Of a stretch of DNA of 64,000 nucleotides, positions 30,246 through 39,028 are shown piece by piece. Numbering within the stretch: the stretch's first letter is position 1; the number at the start of each line of letters is the position of its first letter. Position numbers and translations under genes: made by a program. Origin of the DNA: Candidatus Binatus soli (GTDB lineage: Bacteria > Desulfobacterota > Binatia > Binatales > Binataceae); NCBI GenBank assembly GCA_002479255.1, contig DLMJ01000005.1, forward strand, positions 8,664-72,663, read 5' to 3'. The notes beneath the pieces were generated by a model. The model saw only the letters and a program-made list of their open reading frames with translations. It was not told the origin of the DNA and did not search any database.

Positions 30246-31840
30246 TCGTACACAACCGGAATCCTGGATGGTGGCAGCGCGCCGTTTTCTACCAGATCTA
30301 TCCGCGCTCGTTTGCCGATTCGAACGGAGACGGTGTCGGCGATCTCGACGGCGTTACCGCGCATCTCGACTATCTCAATGACGGTACGCCGAACTCGCTC
30401 GGCATCGACGCCATCTGGCTGAACCCCATCAATCCGTCGCCGCTCGACGACTGGGGCTACGACATCAGCGACTATTGCGGCATCCACCCGGAACTCGGCG
30501 ATCTCGCCGCCTTCGATCGCCTGGTTGCACAGGCGCATCGCCGCGGGATACGCGTGATCGTCGATCTGGTGCCCAACCATACCTCGAATCAGCATCCATG
30601 GTTCGTCGAGTCGCGCGCGTCGCGCGCCAATCCCAAACGCGACTGGTACATCTGGATTCCCGGCCTGCCGGATCGTCCGCCCAGCAACTGGCAGAGCTAC
30701 TTCGGCGGCGATGCGTGGAAGTACGACCCCGCCACCGCGTCATGGTACCTGCACACGTTCCTCGAGGAGCAGCCCGACCTGAATTATCGAAATCCCCAAG
30801 TGGTCGAGGCAATTCACGACGTCATCCGGTTCTGGCTCGATCGCGGCGCTGACGGTTTTCGCATCGACGTGATCCAGGGGCTCATCAAGGATGACCAGCT
30901 CCGCGACAATCCGGTCCGGGCCGAGCACGACCCCGACATCCCGTGGTACGCGGAGGGCACGCAGGATCCGCTCTACAGTTCGGACCGGCCCGAGGTTCAC
31001 GAAATCATTCGCGGGTTGCGCCGCGTCACCGACAGTTACGAACAGCGGATGATGGTCGGCGAGACGTGGCCGCGCGAGCAGGAACGGCTGGCGGACTATC
31101 TGCGGCCCGACGAACTTCAGCTCGCGTTCAACTTTCGCTTTCTGCTCGCGCACTACGACGCGCGCCGCTTCCGGGCCGCAATCGAGCTGACGGAAAAGAC
31201 CTTCGGACCCGGCGCGTGGCCCACCTGGACGCTCTCGAATCACGATTTCCCGCGCCATATCTCGCGCTACTCGTACGATGGCGACGGTGACGCACGCGCC
31301 CGCGTCGCTGCGGTGATGATCATGGCTTTGCGCGGCACGCCCTTCATTTACTACGGCGAAGAAATCGGGATGCGCGAAGCGGAAATTCCCGCCGGTCGCA
31401 AACTCGATCCGGTCGGACGCGACGGTTGCCGCTCGCCGATGCAATGGAGCGGCGCCCGCAACGGCGGATTCTCCGCGAACGCGAGGACATGGCTGCCGTG
31501 CGGAGACTTCAAGGCGGTCAACGTCGCACGCCAGTTGAACGATCCGCACTCGATGCTCTCGCTCTATCGCCGGCTGATCCAAATCCGCAAATCAACCCCG
31601 GCGCTGACCGAGGGCAGCTATCGCGCCCTGGACAGCGCGCCCGAAGATTGTCTCGTGTTCCATCGCGATACGCCCGCGCAGCACATTGTCGTCGCGCTGA
31701 ATTTCACCGCCGAGCCACGCGAGATCGATTTGCCCGCGGGCAAAATCATTCTGAGCACGATTGCCGCCGGGCGGGCCGAGTCCACGAAATCTCCCCTGCG
31801 GCTGGGCCCAAACGAAGCCGTCATCGTGGAAGCCGGCTGA
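30242..31840 (+). CDS. GH13 alpha-glucosidase / oligo-1,6-glucosidase
   Basis: WWQRAVFYQIYPRSFADSNGDGVGDL, DLVPNHTS, DGFRIDV, VGE, SNHD, YYGEEIGM, RDGCRSPMQW. Confidence 0.93.
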   Translation: MIVHNRNPGWWQRAVFYQIYPRSFADSNGDGVGDLDGVTAHLDYLNDGTPNSLGIDAIWLNPINPSPLDDWGYDISDYCGIHPELGDLAAFDRLVAQAHRRGIRVIVDLVPNHTSNQHPWFVESRASRANPKRDWYIWIPGLPDRPPSNWQSYFGGDAWKYDPATASWYLHTFLEEQPDLNYRNPQVVEAIHDVIRFWLDRGADGFRIDVIQGLIKDDQLRDNPVRAEHDPDIPWYAEGTQDPLYSSDRPEVHEIIRGLRRVTDSYEQRMMVGETWPREQERLADYLRPDELQLAFNFRFLLAHYDARRFRAAIELTEKTFGPGAWPTWTLSNHDFPRHISRYSYDGDGDARARVAAVMIMALRGTPFIYYGEEIGMREAEIPAGRKLDPVGRDGCRSPMQWSGARNGGFSANARTWLPCGDFKAVNVARQLNDPHSMLSLYRRLIQIRKSTPALTEGSYRALDSAPEDCLVFHRDTPAQHIVVALNFTAEPREIDLPAGKIILSTIAAGRAESTKSPLRLGPNEAVIVEAG

Positions 31841-31911
31841 ACTTTCCAGTTTGCGCGCCGCCACTTCCGTTCATAGGATCACCGCCGATCGGGCAATTTC
31901 TACCATCCGTT

Positions 31912-31940
31912 GGTACTGTCTCAGTTTGGGACTCGGCTCC
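31912..31940 (-). repeat. End motif copy 1 (inverted)
   Basis: GGTACTGTCTCAGTTTGGGACTCGGCTCC; its reverse complement GGAGCCGAGTCCCAAACTGAGACAGTACC aligns with copies 2 and 3. Confidence 0.85.
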
Positions 31941-32012
31941 GGGTAGGAAGTGGACCTTAGCGCTCATCCGCCCTCGGCGCTATGTTGACCGGAAAACCGC
32001 GTGAGGTGTTCC

Positions 32013-32477
32013 ATGATGCGGATTATCCAAGGCGACCTGAGCGACCAGCGCGTGGTCGATCTCCTGCATATTCACCTGACAACGTTTCCGTCCGGGCCTC
32101 CGGAGAGCGGGCACGCTTTGGACATCACCGGGCTTCAATCTTCTGACATCAGCTTTTGGACGATCTGGGAGGATGAAACGCTCTTGGGATTCGGTGCGCT
32201 GAAGCGGCTCTCGGCCGATCATGGTGAGGTCAAGTCGATGCATACCGCTCAGGCCATGCGGGGAAGGGGAGTGGGAACCGCGATGCTGCGGCACATCATT
32301 GCGACCGCGCGGGTAAGAGGCATGTCCCGCCTTAGCCTCGAGACAGGCACAAAGGATTATTATCGGCCAGCGCGCTCGCTTTACAGGAGCCATGGCTTCG
32401 TGGAGTGTCCGCCGTTCGCCGACTATGTGCTCGACCCGAACAGTGTCTTCATGTCGCTCGACCTGCACGAATCCTGA
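32013..32477 (+). CDS. GNAT N-acetyltransferase (YsnE/YedL-like)
   Basis: PPESGHALD, GFGALK, GEVKSMHT, RGRGVG, LSLETG, LYRSHGF, FADYVLDPNSVFM; RBS GAGGTG. Confidence 0.9.
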   Translation: MMRIIQGDLSDQRVVDLLHIHLTTFPSGPPESGHALDITGLQSSDISFWTIWEDETLLGFGALKRLSADHGEVKSMHTAQAMRGRGVGTAMLRHIIATARVRGMSRLSLETGTKDYYRPARSLYRSHGFVECPPFADYVLDPNSVFMSLDLHES

Positions 32478-32498
32478 TCCGGAGGTCCACTCAGGGCG

Positions 32499-32529
32499 TG
32501 AAAGCCGAATGTGAAACTGAGACACTACC
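32499..32529 (+). repeat. End motif copy 2
   Basis: TGAAAGCCGAATGTGAAACTGAGACACTACC; 30/31 identical to copy 3. Confidence 0.92.
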
Positions 32530-32570
32530 CGTCGTCGCGTTGGCGAGAAGTCGGCTGTGAAGAGGGGCGT

Positions 32571-33092
32571 ATGTCTGAAATTCAAACCAGGCACTTGGTT
32601 CTTCGACAATTCAGAGATTCCGACGTCGACCCGCTATACGAGATTCAAGGCGACCGGGAGTACATGAGGTTCACCTTCTGCGCAGAATCCAGAGCGGTAT
32701 GTGAGACCTGGCTTCGTCGATATGCTGAGAGCCGGCGCGTAAATGGCTTTGCTCCGTGGACGATAGTGCTCCGCTCGGACGATCGTGTGATCGGATGGGG
32801 AGGGCTGAATATCGATCCTAAGGCGCCTGAATGGGGCCCCGAGGTGAGCTACTTCATCCACCCGGCGTATCAAGGTCGAGGATTCGCTACCGAGCTCGTG
32901 CATTGCTCTCTGCAGTACGGGTTCAACGACTTGCAGCTGAAGCGGATCGGCGCATTCGCGATGCCGGAGAACGAAGCCTCCATCAGGGTTCTTACAAAGT
33001 GCGGGTTCAAATTCCTTCGGTACGAACCGGCACTTCGTCGCAACCACTACGAGTTAGGGGCAGAGGAGTGGACACCGCCGACCGAAAATTGA
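32571..33092 (+). CDS. GNAT N-acetyltransferase (RimJ/RimL-like)
   Basis: IQTRHLVLRQF, VIGWGGL, PEVSYFIHPAYQGRGFATE, ENEASIRVLTKCGF; RBS GAGGGG before the ATG at 32571. Confidence 0.9.
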   Translation: MSEIQTRHLVLRQFRDSDVDPLYEIQGDREYMRFTFCAESRAVCETWLRRYAESRRVNGFAPWTIVLRSDDRVIGWGGLNIDPKAPEWGPEVSYFIHPAYQGRGFATELVHCSLQYGFNDLQLKRIGAFAMPENEASIRVLTKCGFKFLRYEPALRRNHYELGAEEWTPPTEN

Positions 33093-33126
33093 CGAAATGC
33101 CTTTAGACTTAAGATTTCCCAGAAAC

Positions 33127-33290
33127 TCACGCCGCCTGTTTCTCGCGCTCGGCGATGAAGCGCTGGATTTCCTCGGCTTTGAATCGGACGTAATGGCCCA
33201 ATCTGATGGATGGAAGAGTGCCAAGTCTCGCTTGCTCTCGGACCCACGATTCGGGGACATCGAATAGCTTCGCGACCTGAGGAGCTCCAG
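33127..33290 (-). pseudogene. Excisionase-like HTH_17 fragment, 5' end apparently cut at the end motif
   Basis: QVAKLFDVPESWVREQARLGTLPSIRLGHYVRFKAEEIQRFI. The upstream part of ORF 33127..33507 reads through the repeat and hairpins and does not look protein-like. Confidence 0.6.
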
Positions 33291-33293
33291 GCC

Positions 33294-33324
33294 TGAAAGC
33301 CGAATGTGAAACTGGGACACTACC
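33294..33324 (+). repeat. End motif copy 3
   Basis: TGAAAGCCGAATGTGAAACTGGGACACTACC. Confidence 0.92.
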
Positions 33325-33543
33325 ATCCGTGGTGGTTTTGGGACGGATGCTCTCTAGGGGTAGTTTCGTTCCGTCAGAAATTATTTCTGCTGGAAGCGGG
33401 GCTCGCCCGATTTCAGGCGAGCCCAGCGAGTACGGGATATCCTGGCGATTGACCATAGCGTACGCATAGCACGCCAAATCCCGGCGGGGGCAGGCTGAAT
33501 AGTTCATCCCCCAAATCCGGTTAATCGAAACCGAACCAGTGCC

Positions 33544-33574
33544 AAAAGAAAGCGACGGGCCATCGGCCCGCCGC
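33544..33574 (-). terminator. Rho-independent terminator after glnA
   Basis: Stem GCGACGGGCC-ATC-GGCCCGCCGC with AAAAGAAA on its left (U-rich on the minus strand). Confidence 0.7.
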
Positions 33575-33602
33575 CTTCGATCTGACGATTGACTATCCCT
33601 GC

Positions 33603-35030
33603 TTACGCGTCGTAGTAGAGCGCGAATTCGTACGGATGCGGCCGCAGGCGAATCGCGCTGACTTCGTTCGCCATCTTGTAATCGATCCAGGTCTCGATCA
33701 GGTCCTCGGTAAAGACATCGCCCTTGAGCAGGAACTCGTGATCCTTCTTCAGGTTGGCCAGTGATTCCTCGAGCGACGCGGGCATGCTCGGCACCTCGGC
33801 CAACTCGGCCGGCGTAAGTGCATAGATGTCCTTGTCGAGCGGCTGGCCCGGATCGAGCCGGCGCTGAATTCCGTCGAGCCCCGCCATCAGCATCGCGGAG
33901 AACGCGAGATACGGATTGCAGGTCGGGTCGGGGAAGCGTACTTCGATTCGCTTGGCCTTCGGCGACGGCGAGTACATCGGGATTCGCACCGAGGCCGAGC
34001 GGTTGCGCGACGAGTACGCCAGGTTGATCGGCGCCTCGAAGCCCGGCACCAGCCGGCGATACGAGTTGGTGCCCGGACAGGTGAAAGCCGCCAGCGTCGG
34101 CGCGTGATGCAGGATGCCCGCGATGTAGTGCATCCCAAGTTCCGACATCCCGGCGTAGCCGTTGCCGGCGAACAGGGGAGTGTCACCCTTCCAGATGCTC
34201 TGATGCGTGTGCATGCCGGTGCCATTGTCGCCGAAGATCGGCTTGGGCATGAAGGTGGCAGTCATCCCATGGCGCACCGCGACGTTCTTGACGATGTATT
34301 TGTACCAGGTCAGCCAGTCGGACATTTTGGTCAGCGTCTGAAAGCGCATGTCGATTTCAGCCTGGCCTGCGGTGGCGACTTCGTGATGCTGTTTCTCGAC
34401 GCGGATACCTACCCGCTCCATCTCGAGCACCATCTCGGTGCGGATGTCCTGCAGGGTGTCCACCGGCGGGACCGGGAAGTAGCCGGCTTTGTTCTTGACC
34501 TTGAAGCCCAGGTTGGCGCCTTCCTTGACCGCGCCCTCGCGCCCGCTGTTCCAGTTACCTTCGTTCGAGTCGATGTAGTAGTAGCTCGAATTCTGCGTGG
34601 TGTCGTAGCGCAGCGAGTCGAAGATAAAAAACTCCGGTTCGGGTCCGAAGTACGCCGAGTCGCCGATGCCGGTGGTCTTCAAATAGGCTTCGGCCTTGCG
34701 CGAGATATTACGCGGGTCGCGTGTGTAGTCGGCGCGGGTGATCGGATCGGAGATGTTGGCGATCATACTCAGCGTGGGATCCTTGGTGAACGGATCCATC
34801 ACCGCCGTATCCGGATCGGGAATCACCAGCATGTCGCTGTTGTCGATCGCCTGCCAGCCGCGAATCGACGACCCGTCGAAGCCGAGGCCCTCGTCGAAGG
34901 GCGCTTCATCCTTGAACTCGGAGATCGGGGCAGTGAAATGCTGCCACGTGCCGAGCAGATCGATGAATTTCACATCGACCATCACCACGCCCTTATCCTT
35001 GATCATTTGCAGAACTTGTTTAGGCGTCAT
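33603..35030 (-). CDS. glnA: Glutamine synthetase type I
   Basis: [66 protein letters not shown], adenylylation-region DKDIY. Confidence 0.98.
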   Translation of the reverse strand: MTPKQVLQMIKDKGVVMVDVKFIDLLGTWQHFTAPISEFKDEAPFDEGLGFDGSSIRGWQAIDNSDMLVIPDPDTAVMDPFTKDPTLSMIANISDPITRADYTRDPRNISRKAEAYLKTTGIGDSAYFGPEPEFFIFDSLRYDTTQNSSYYYIDSNEGNWNSGREGAVKEGANLGFKVKNKAGYFPVPPVDTLQDIRTEMVLEMERVGIRVEKQHHEVATAGQAEIDMRFQTLTKMSDWLTWYKYIVKNVAVRHGMTATFMPKPIFGDNGTGMHTHQSIWKGDTPLFAGNGYAGMSELGMHYIAGILHHAPTLAAFTCPGTNSYRRLVPGFEAPINLAYSSRNRSASVRIPMYSPSPKAKRIEVRFPDPTCNPYLAFSAMLMAGLDGIQRRLDPGQPLDKDIYALTPAELAEVPSMPASLEESLANLKKDHEFLLKGDVFTEDLIETWIDYKMANEVSAIRLRPHPYEFALYYDA

Positions 35031-35073
35031 CGAACCCGTAACCCTCCTGGCCGCTTAACGGGGGCGGCATACC

Positions 35074-35098
35074 CATACTTGTTGGTTGATTGAACGAT
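35074..35098 (-). promoter_or_regulatory. Shared motif ATCGTTCAAT-N10-GTATG upstream of glnA
   Basis: Same 15 bases and same spacing as 38077-38101. Confidence 0.55.
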
Positions 35099-35338
35099 CT
35101 ATAGAAACCGCGCGCCGTCCGCACCTGCGGACGATGGCATGAGACGCATCAGGAATTACACCGGCCGTCACACCAGACTCATTCGAACGTTACGACCGAC
35201 AACGCTTTCTGTCACGAAAACTCCCTTAATGCAACGCCCATCGAACGGGCGTCTGCCGCACATTCGAGCAGCATCGCACGCCCGATGACTTGCGTTTCGG
35301 TGGAGGATCCAGCATCGGAGCCTCTATTTTTCCGCCCA

Positions 35339-36352
35339 TCAGCCCAACAGTTTGATCATTGCAAAATAAATGCCGAGCATGACCAGCCCCATCGGCACTC
35401 CAATCTTCGCCCACGCGGCGCTCTCGATTCTGAGCGCCCCCGCGCTAACGATGTTGGGGATATTGCCCGGTATCAGCATCCCGCCCGAAACCAGCAGCGC
35501 CAGAATCGCCTCGCGCGCGCGCGCAATGGCCATGCCGTGGACTTCGAGCGCGACCAGGGTCGCATTGTCGAGCGCGGCGGACACGGTATTGACCCAGAAC
35601 AGAAGATCGTTGCTCATTTTGCTGACGTACTCATTCGCAATCGGGCCGTAAGCGCTGCTGATCAGCACCAGGCCCGCGATGAACGCAAACACCTTGGCTG
35701 CTTGAACGAAAATCGCGCTGTAGGATTGGCGTACGTGCGCGCCCGCGGGCGCCTCGTCGTATTCACCGCGGGCAAACCCGCCTGCGACTATCGAACTCAC
35801 AAACACGCCGGGAAATACCCAGGGCGCCAGCAAATGGAACAGCCCGAAGAAGCCCAGATTGAGCGCTCCCGTGGCAAGCGTCGAGAGCGGCTCGCCCAGC
35901 GGCGTCAGCGATGCGCCCAGGCCGATGGCGAAGCATCCCGCAACCGTCACGCGCACCCGCTTGTCGCGTGCGAAATGAAGCAGGCCTATCACCTCGACCA
36001 GCACCAGGGCGGCGACGATCGCGGTGATGACGCTGGAGATAGATGCGATCGCGAAAATCGTCGCGGCGGTCAGTACCGGTCGCGACACTCGCTTGCGCAG
36101 CCGGTTGAAGACCCGGTCGAGCATCCGCCGCATCCATCCGAACAGGAGAGCGGCGACCATCACGGCGACGCTGATAGCGACCGGCTCGTGCAACGCCTCT
36201 GAAATCAACTCCCGCGTGAAGCCGCTCCCAAGCATGGTCGCAAGCACGCCGAGCGCGAGGAAGTAGAGCTCGATATTGTGCTCGATCTTCGCGATGGCGA
36301 GCGGTCCGAACAGGAGCAGGACAAGGATTGCGACGGCAGAAGTGTGATTCAT
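35339..36352 (-). CDS. DUF1646 family membrane protein (putative ion transporter)
   Basis: IEHNIELYFL, GLGASLTPLGEPLST, SAALDNATL, GGMLIPGNIPNI. Confidence 0.85.
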   Translation of the reverse strand: MNHTSAVAILVLLLFGPLAIAKIEHNIELYFLALGVLATMLGSGFTRELISEALHEPVAISVAVMVAALLFGWMRRMLDRVFNRLRKRVSRPVLTAATIFAIASISSVITAIVAALVLVEVIGLLHFARDKRVRVTVAGCFAIGLGASLTPLGEPLSTLATGALNLGFFGLFHLLAPWVFPGVFVSSIVAGGFARGEYDEAPAGAHVRQSYSAIFVQAAKVFAFIAGLVLISSAYGPIANEYVSKMSNDLLFWVNTVSAALDNATLVALEVHGMAIARAREAILALLVSGGMLIPGNIPNIVSAGALRIESAAWAKIGVPMGLVMLGIYFAMIKLLG

Positions 36353-36397
36353 GAGTTGCGCGCGAAAAAACTACTATCACGCATCGATCGCGTGCAA

Positions 36398-36434
36398 TAA
36401 AGAAGCGGCGGGTCCGCTTCTTCGGACCCGCCGC
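36398..36434 (-). terminator. Terminator hairpin after the porin gene
   Basis: Perfect 12 bp stem GCGGCGGGTCCG-CTTCTT-CGGACCCGCCGC with an A-rich left flank. Confidence 0.75.
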
Positions 36435-36473
36435 CGGCGCATCGTTGCGCGACTAACTGGTCAGGTTCCTCCC

Positions 36474-37976
36474 TCAGAAGGCGTAAATGATGTTGGCGGC
36501 CAAAGTATCCTGGCCGTGCCACAGATGCTGCTGGCCGGTCACCGGGCTGACGAAATTGTTGTTGGGGAACACGTTCACATCGGAATTGTCATGCCGGTAT
36601 TCCAAGCGAGCGATGAGTCCCGTCACTTGGGGTATCTTGTAGCTCAGCGTCTGGGTAATTTCCCACAACGTCTGGGTAGTCCCGGTACGCGCGCCATCCT
36701 CGTCGTCGAAGAATTCGCCGCGCGTGGCCAATTCCAGCGAAGGGGTACAGTCATAAACCAAGTACTGCGCCAGTCCCTGCCACGTCGCGCTGTGCCCGGC
36801 GGTAAACGGGGTGGCGGTTGCCGGGCCGCTCTGGCTTGCATACAGATACTCGGTCTCAAGCGTGAGATTTGGTATGAACGACGGCTTCCAGGTCGCGATC
36901 GGATCGATCGTTCCCACATTTTCATTGGATTTGTGCAGACCTAAGGGGTTGGGTAGCGAGGGCAGAACATTGGGCCCCCACATGCCGTTGACTACAAAGC
37001 TCAGCGACTTGTCCTTGTTGTTGAGCGTGAGCTGACCCTCATAGTTCGGACCGCCGTTTGTGGTGCTCGCGGGATTATCCCAGCCATTGTTGAGACCGGC
37101 CGCCGCCGACACGTAGTCGTTGAAGGTGTAGCTGGCGCGGATGCCGGTGTGGGCGGTTGGTTCGCCCAGGGTAAACAGCAGGCCGCGACTCTCGTTGTAA
37201 TTCTGGTTGTTGTAAACCGGAACGACCTCGGCGCTCAGCAGCGTTACGAAGCGGCCGGCTTGAAAACTAATGCCCGACCCGATCGGCGCGGTGTAGGTCA
37301 GGTAGTACTGCGTCGGATCGAACCATTGGGCGCCAACGCGCGAGGTGTTCGAGTAGTTTGTAATGGCGGAAATCGAGTTGGCAACCTGCCCGAAGTTGAG
37401 GTCAGTCACGAATCCAACCGTCCCGTCGCGCTCGATATGCAGGTTGCCCTGCGTGAGCTGGAATCCATCCTCGTCCCAGTCGCGAATGTAATTCGTGTTG
37501 CCGTTGGGCTGATTGAAGTTATGCTCGTAGCCCGCATCAACCAGCGCGTGGACGCTGATGCCAAGGTTGTCCGACAGATTCTTCTGGATGGCGGCGATGT
37601 TGGTCTCGGCCAGGCCGACGTGCTGGCCGATGGTGACCGGCGACGCGGAAGCCGCCGGCTGTGCGATGGTCATCGCGGCCTCTATCTTTTTAACCTCGCT
37701 GGTTGTGTCGTCGGTCTGCTTCTGCAGATTGCTCATCTGGCCAGACAGCGCGTCGAGCCGTTGCTGCTCGGGGGTGGGGGTGACGACAGTGGTGGTGGTC
37801 GTCGTCGTGGCCATCTTCATCCTGTGGTGATGATGCGTCGTCGTTGTCGTCGTCGCTGGATCTGCGGTCGATGGATCTGCCGCCCAGGCATTCGTGTTGC
37901 ACAGCAATCCAATCACTGCGACGCCGGCGATTAGGTTGATCCAGGCAGCGACCTTTGTCGTTTTCCTTCTGTTCAC
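36474..37976 (-). CDS. Outer-membrane beta-barrel porin (BBP2/DUF3138-like) with N-terminal coiled coil
   Basis: Signal peptide ending AWA; GRFVTLLSAEV, HTGIRASY, GLNNGWD, RGEFFDDEDGARTG, RLEYRHD; terminal Phe. GTG start after GGAGGAAGGAG. Confidence 0.85.
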   Translation of the reverse strand: MNRRKTTKVAAWINLIAGVAVIGLLCNTNAWAADPSTADPATTTTTTHHHHRMKMATTTTTTTVVTPTPEQQRLDALSGQMSNLQKQTDDTTSEVKKIEAAMTIAQPAASASPVTIGQHVGLAETNIAAIQKNLSDNLGISVHALVDAGYEHNFNQPNGNTNYIRDWDEDGFQLTQGNLHIERDGTVGFVTDLNFGQVANSISAITNYSNTSRVGAQWFDPTQYYLTYTAPIGSGISFQAGRFVTLLSAEVVPVYNNQNYNESRGLLFTLGEPTAHTGIRASYTFNDYVSAAAGLNNGWDNPASTTNGGPNYEGQLTLNNKDKSLSFVVNGMWGPNVLPSLPNPLGLHKSNENVGTIDPIATWKPSFIPNLTLETEYLYASQSGPATATPFTAGHSATWQGLAQYLVYDCTPSLELATRGEFFDDEDGARTGTTQTLWEITQTLSYKIPQVTGLIARLEYRHDNSDVNVFPNNNFVSPVTGQQHLWHGQDTLAANIIYAF

Positions 37977-38076
37977 TCTTCTCCTTCCTCCTACGATGCG
38001 CGGCCTTAAGCCGCGGCTTCCGGTGCCCGCACGTAGCGGGCTACGGTGATGAACCGGTTGGCTTGGTTTCAAGATT

Positions 38077-38101
38077 CATACCGGAGTAATAATTGAACGA
38101 T
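38077..38101 (-). promoter_or_regulatory. Shared motif ATCGTTCAAT-N10-GTATG upstream of the porin
   Basis: Matches 35074-35098. Confidence 0.55.
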
Positions 38102-38155
38102 GCCGAAAATCCTCAGTATCGGCGATGAGTTTCGGCCGGCGGTAGATGCTGGTGA

Positions 38156-38172
38156 TGCACGTATATGATGCA
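38156..38172. promoter_or_regulatory. Possible NtrC-like binding site
   Basis: TGCAC-GTATATG-ATGCA compared with the consensus TGCAC-N7-GTGCA. Confidence 0.35.
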
Positions 38173-38394
38173 TTTGCCGCATAGTTAATCAGTCCAATGC
38201 TCGAGGGTGAATATCGAAGCTGATCACTTATCCACAGCTCGCAAAGTACGCGTAAACATTTCAGTCTGAACCGGGTTGCAACATGAAAATTGAATTGACC
38301 GAGGCCCAGGACGAGATCGTCAGGCAGGTGCTCCTGCTGTGCGCGAACTTCCCGGACGAATACCGGCGCGAGCGCGTACTAACCTGTGCCGCGC

Positions 38395-38748
38395 ATGCGT
38401 AAAGGCGCGATCATCGTTCTGCTCGGCGCGCTATGCTTCGCGGGCTACGTGTTCTTCGCCTTGGTCGGCGCGGAACCGGTCAAGGTGGCCGAAACTCGCC
38501 TGGTGCGAAGCGGCGGCCAGGTGTTGGTCGAAGGCGAGGTTCGCAATACAGGCGACGACACGGGCCCTCTCCAGGTCGAAGTCCATTATTTCGATCGCGA
38601 CGGCCACTCGATCGGCAAGGATATCGTTTCGGTGGATGGCCTCCGTCGCGGAGCTGCCGTGCGCTTCAAGAGTTCACCGCGTCCCGACGACGGCGTCGCC
38701 GATTTTTCCATTTATCTCAATCACGGGCGAAATCCCTACGGAAATTGA
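38395..38748 (+). CDS. Exported small Ig-like protein (FxLYD-like)
   Basis: N-terminal TM/signal, VEGEVRNTG, VHYFDRDGHSIG. Confidence 0.7.
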   Translation: MRKGAIIVLLGALCFAGYVFFALVGAEPVKVAETRLVRSGGQVLVEGEVRNTGDDTGPLQVEVHYFDRDGHSIGKDIVSVDGLRRGAAVRFKSSPRPDDGVADFSIYLNHGRNPYGN

Positions 38749-39028
38749 CAAGAATCGCCCGTGAAAACCATTAATAGTACTTATTCGCAAAATAAGTCCA
38801 TTTTCCAACGGATATTCCTAAGTTCGCGAAGTCTAAACAGTTTGTGAACGACGCTATTTGCAAACGTATGGCGCTGTTGAAGGTGTCCATACAAATCCAC
38901 CGGCAGTCTGTTTGTCTTTAAGTCGTTTTGATGGTACTAACTGTAAGTATCGAATATCACCTTTTTGATGAGGATGCGGTCAAATCACGGACCGCGCCAA
39001 ATCAGCACAAACAAGGGGAATCGGATCA

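Larger units (their letters stand above)
31900..33330. mobile_element. Putative non-autonomous integrated element / cassette array carrying two GNAT genes
   Basis: Inverted end motifs (31912-31940 versus 33294-33324), an internal direct copy (32499-32529) and the duplication CTACCATCCGT at 31900-31910 and 33320-33330. Codon usage is visibly less GC-biased than the flanks. No recombinase inside. Confidence 0.65.

Noticed and set aside
32499-33324. 31 bp direct repeats as a CRISPR array
   Set aside because: Only two direct copies about 795 bp apart with whole genes between them, and no cas genes.
31900-33330. Integron cassette array
   Set aside because: No RYYYAAC/GTTRRRY attC boxes or long attC hairpins, no intI, and the first motif copy is inverted.
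35031-35100. Glutamine (glnA) riboswitch, suggested by the leader starting AUCGUUCA
   Set aside because: The downstream GGAAG-UA and GAAGGAACG/GAAGCAACG elements needed to close P1 are absent; kept only as an unexplained shared motif.
38228-38236. Perfect DnaA box TTATCCACA as a sign of oriC
   Set aside because: Single copy; no box cluster, unwinding element or dnaA/dnaN/gidA nearby.
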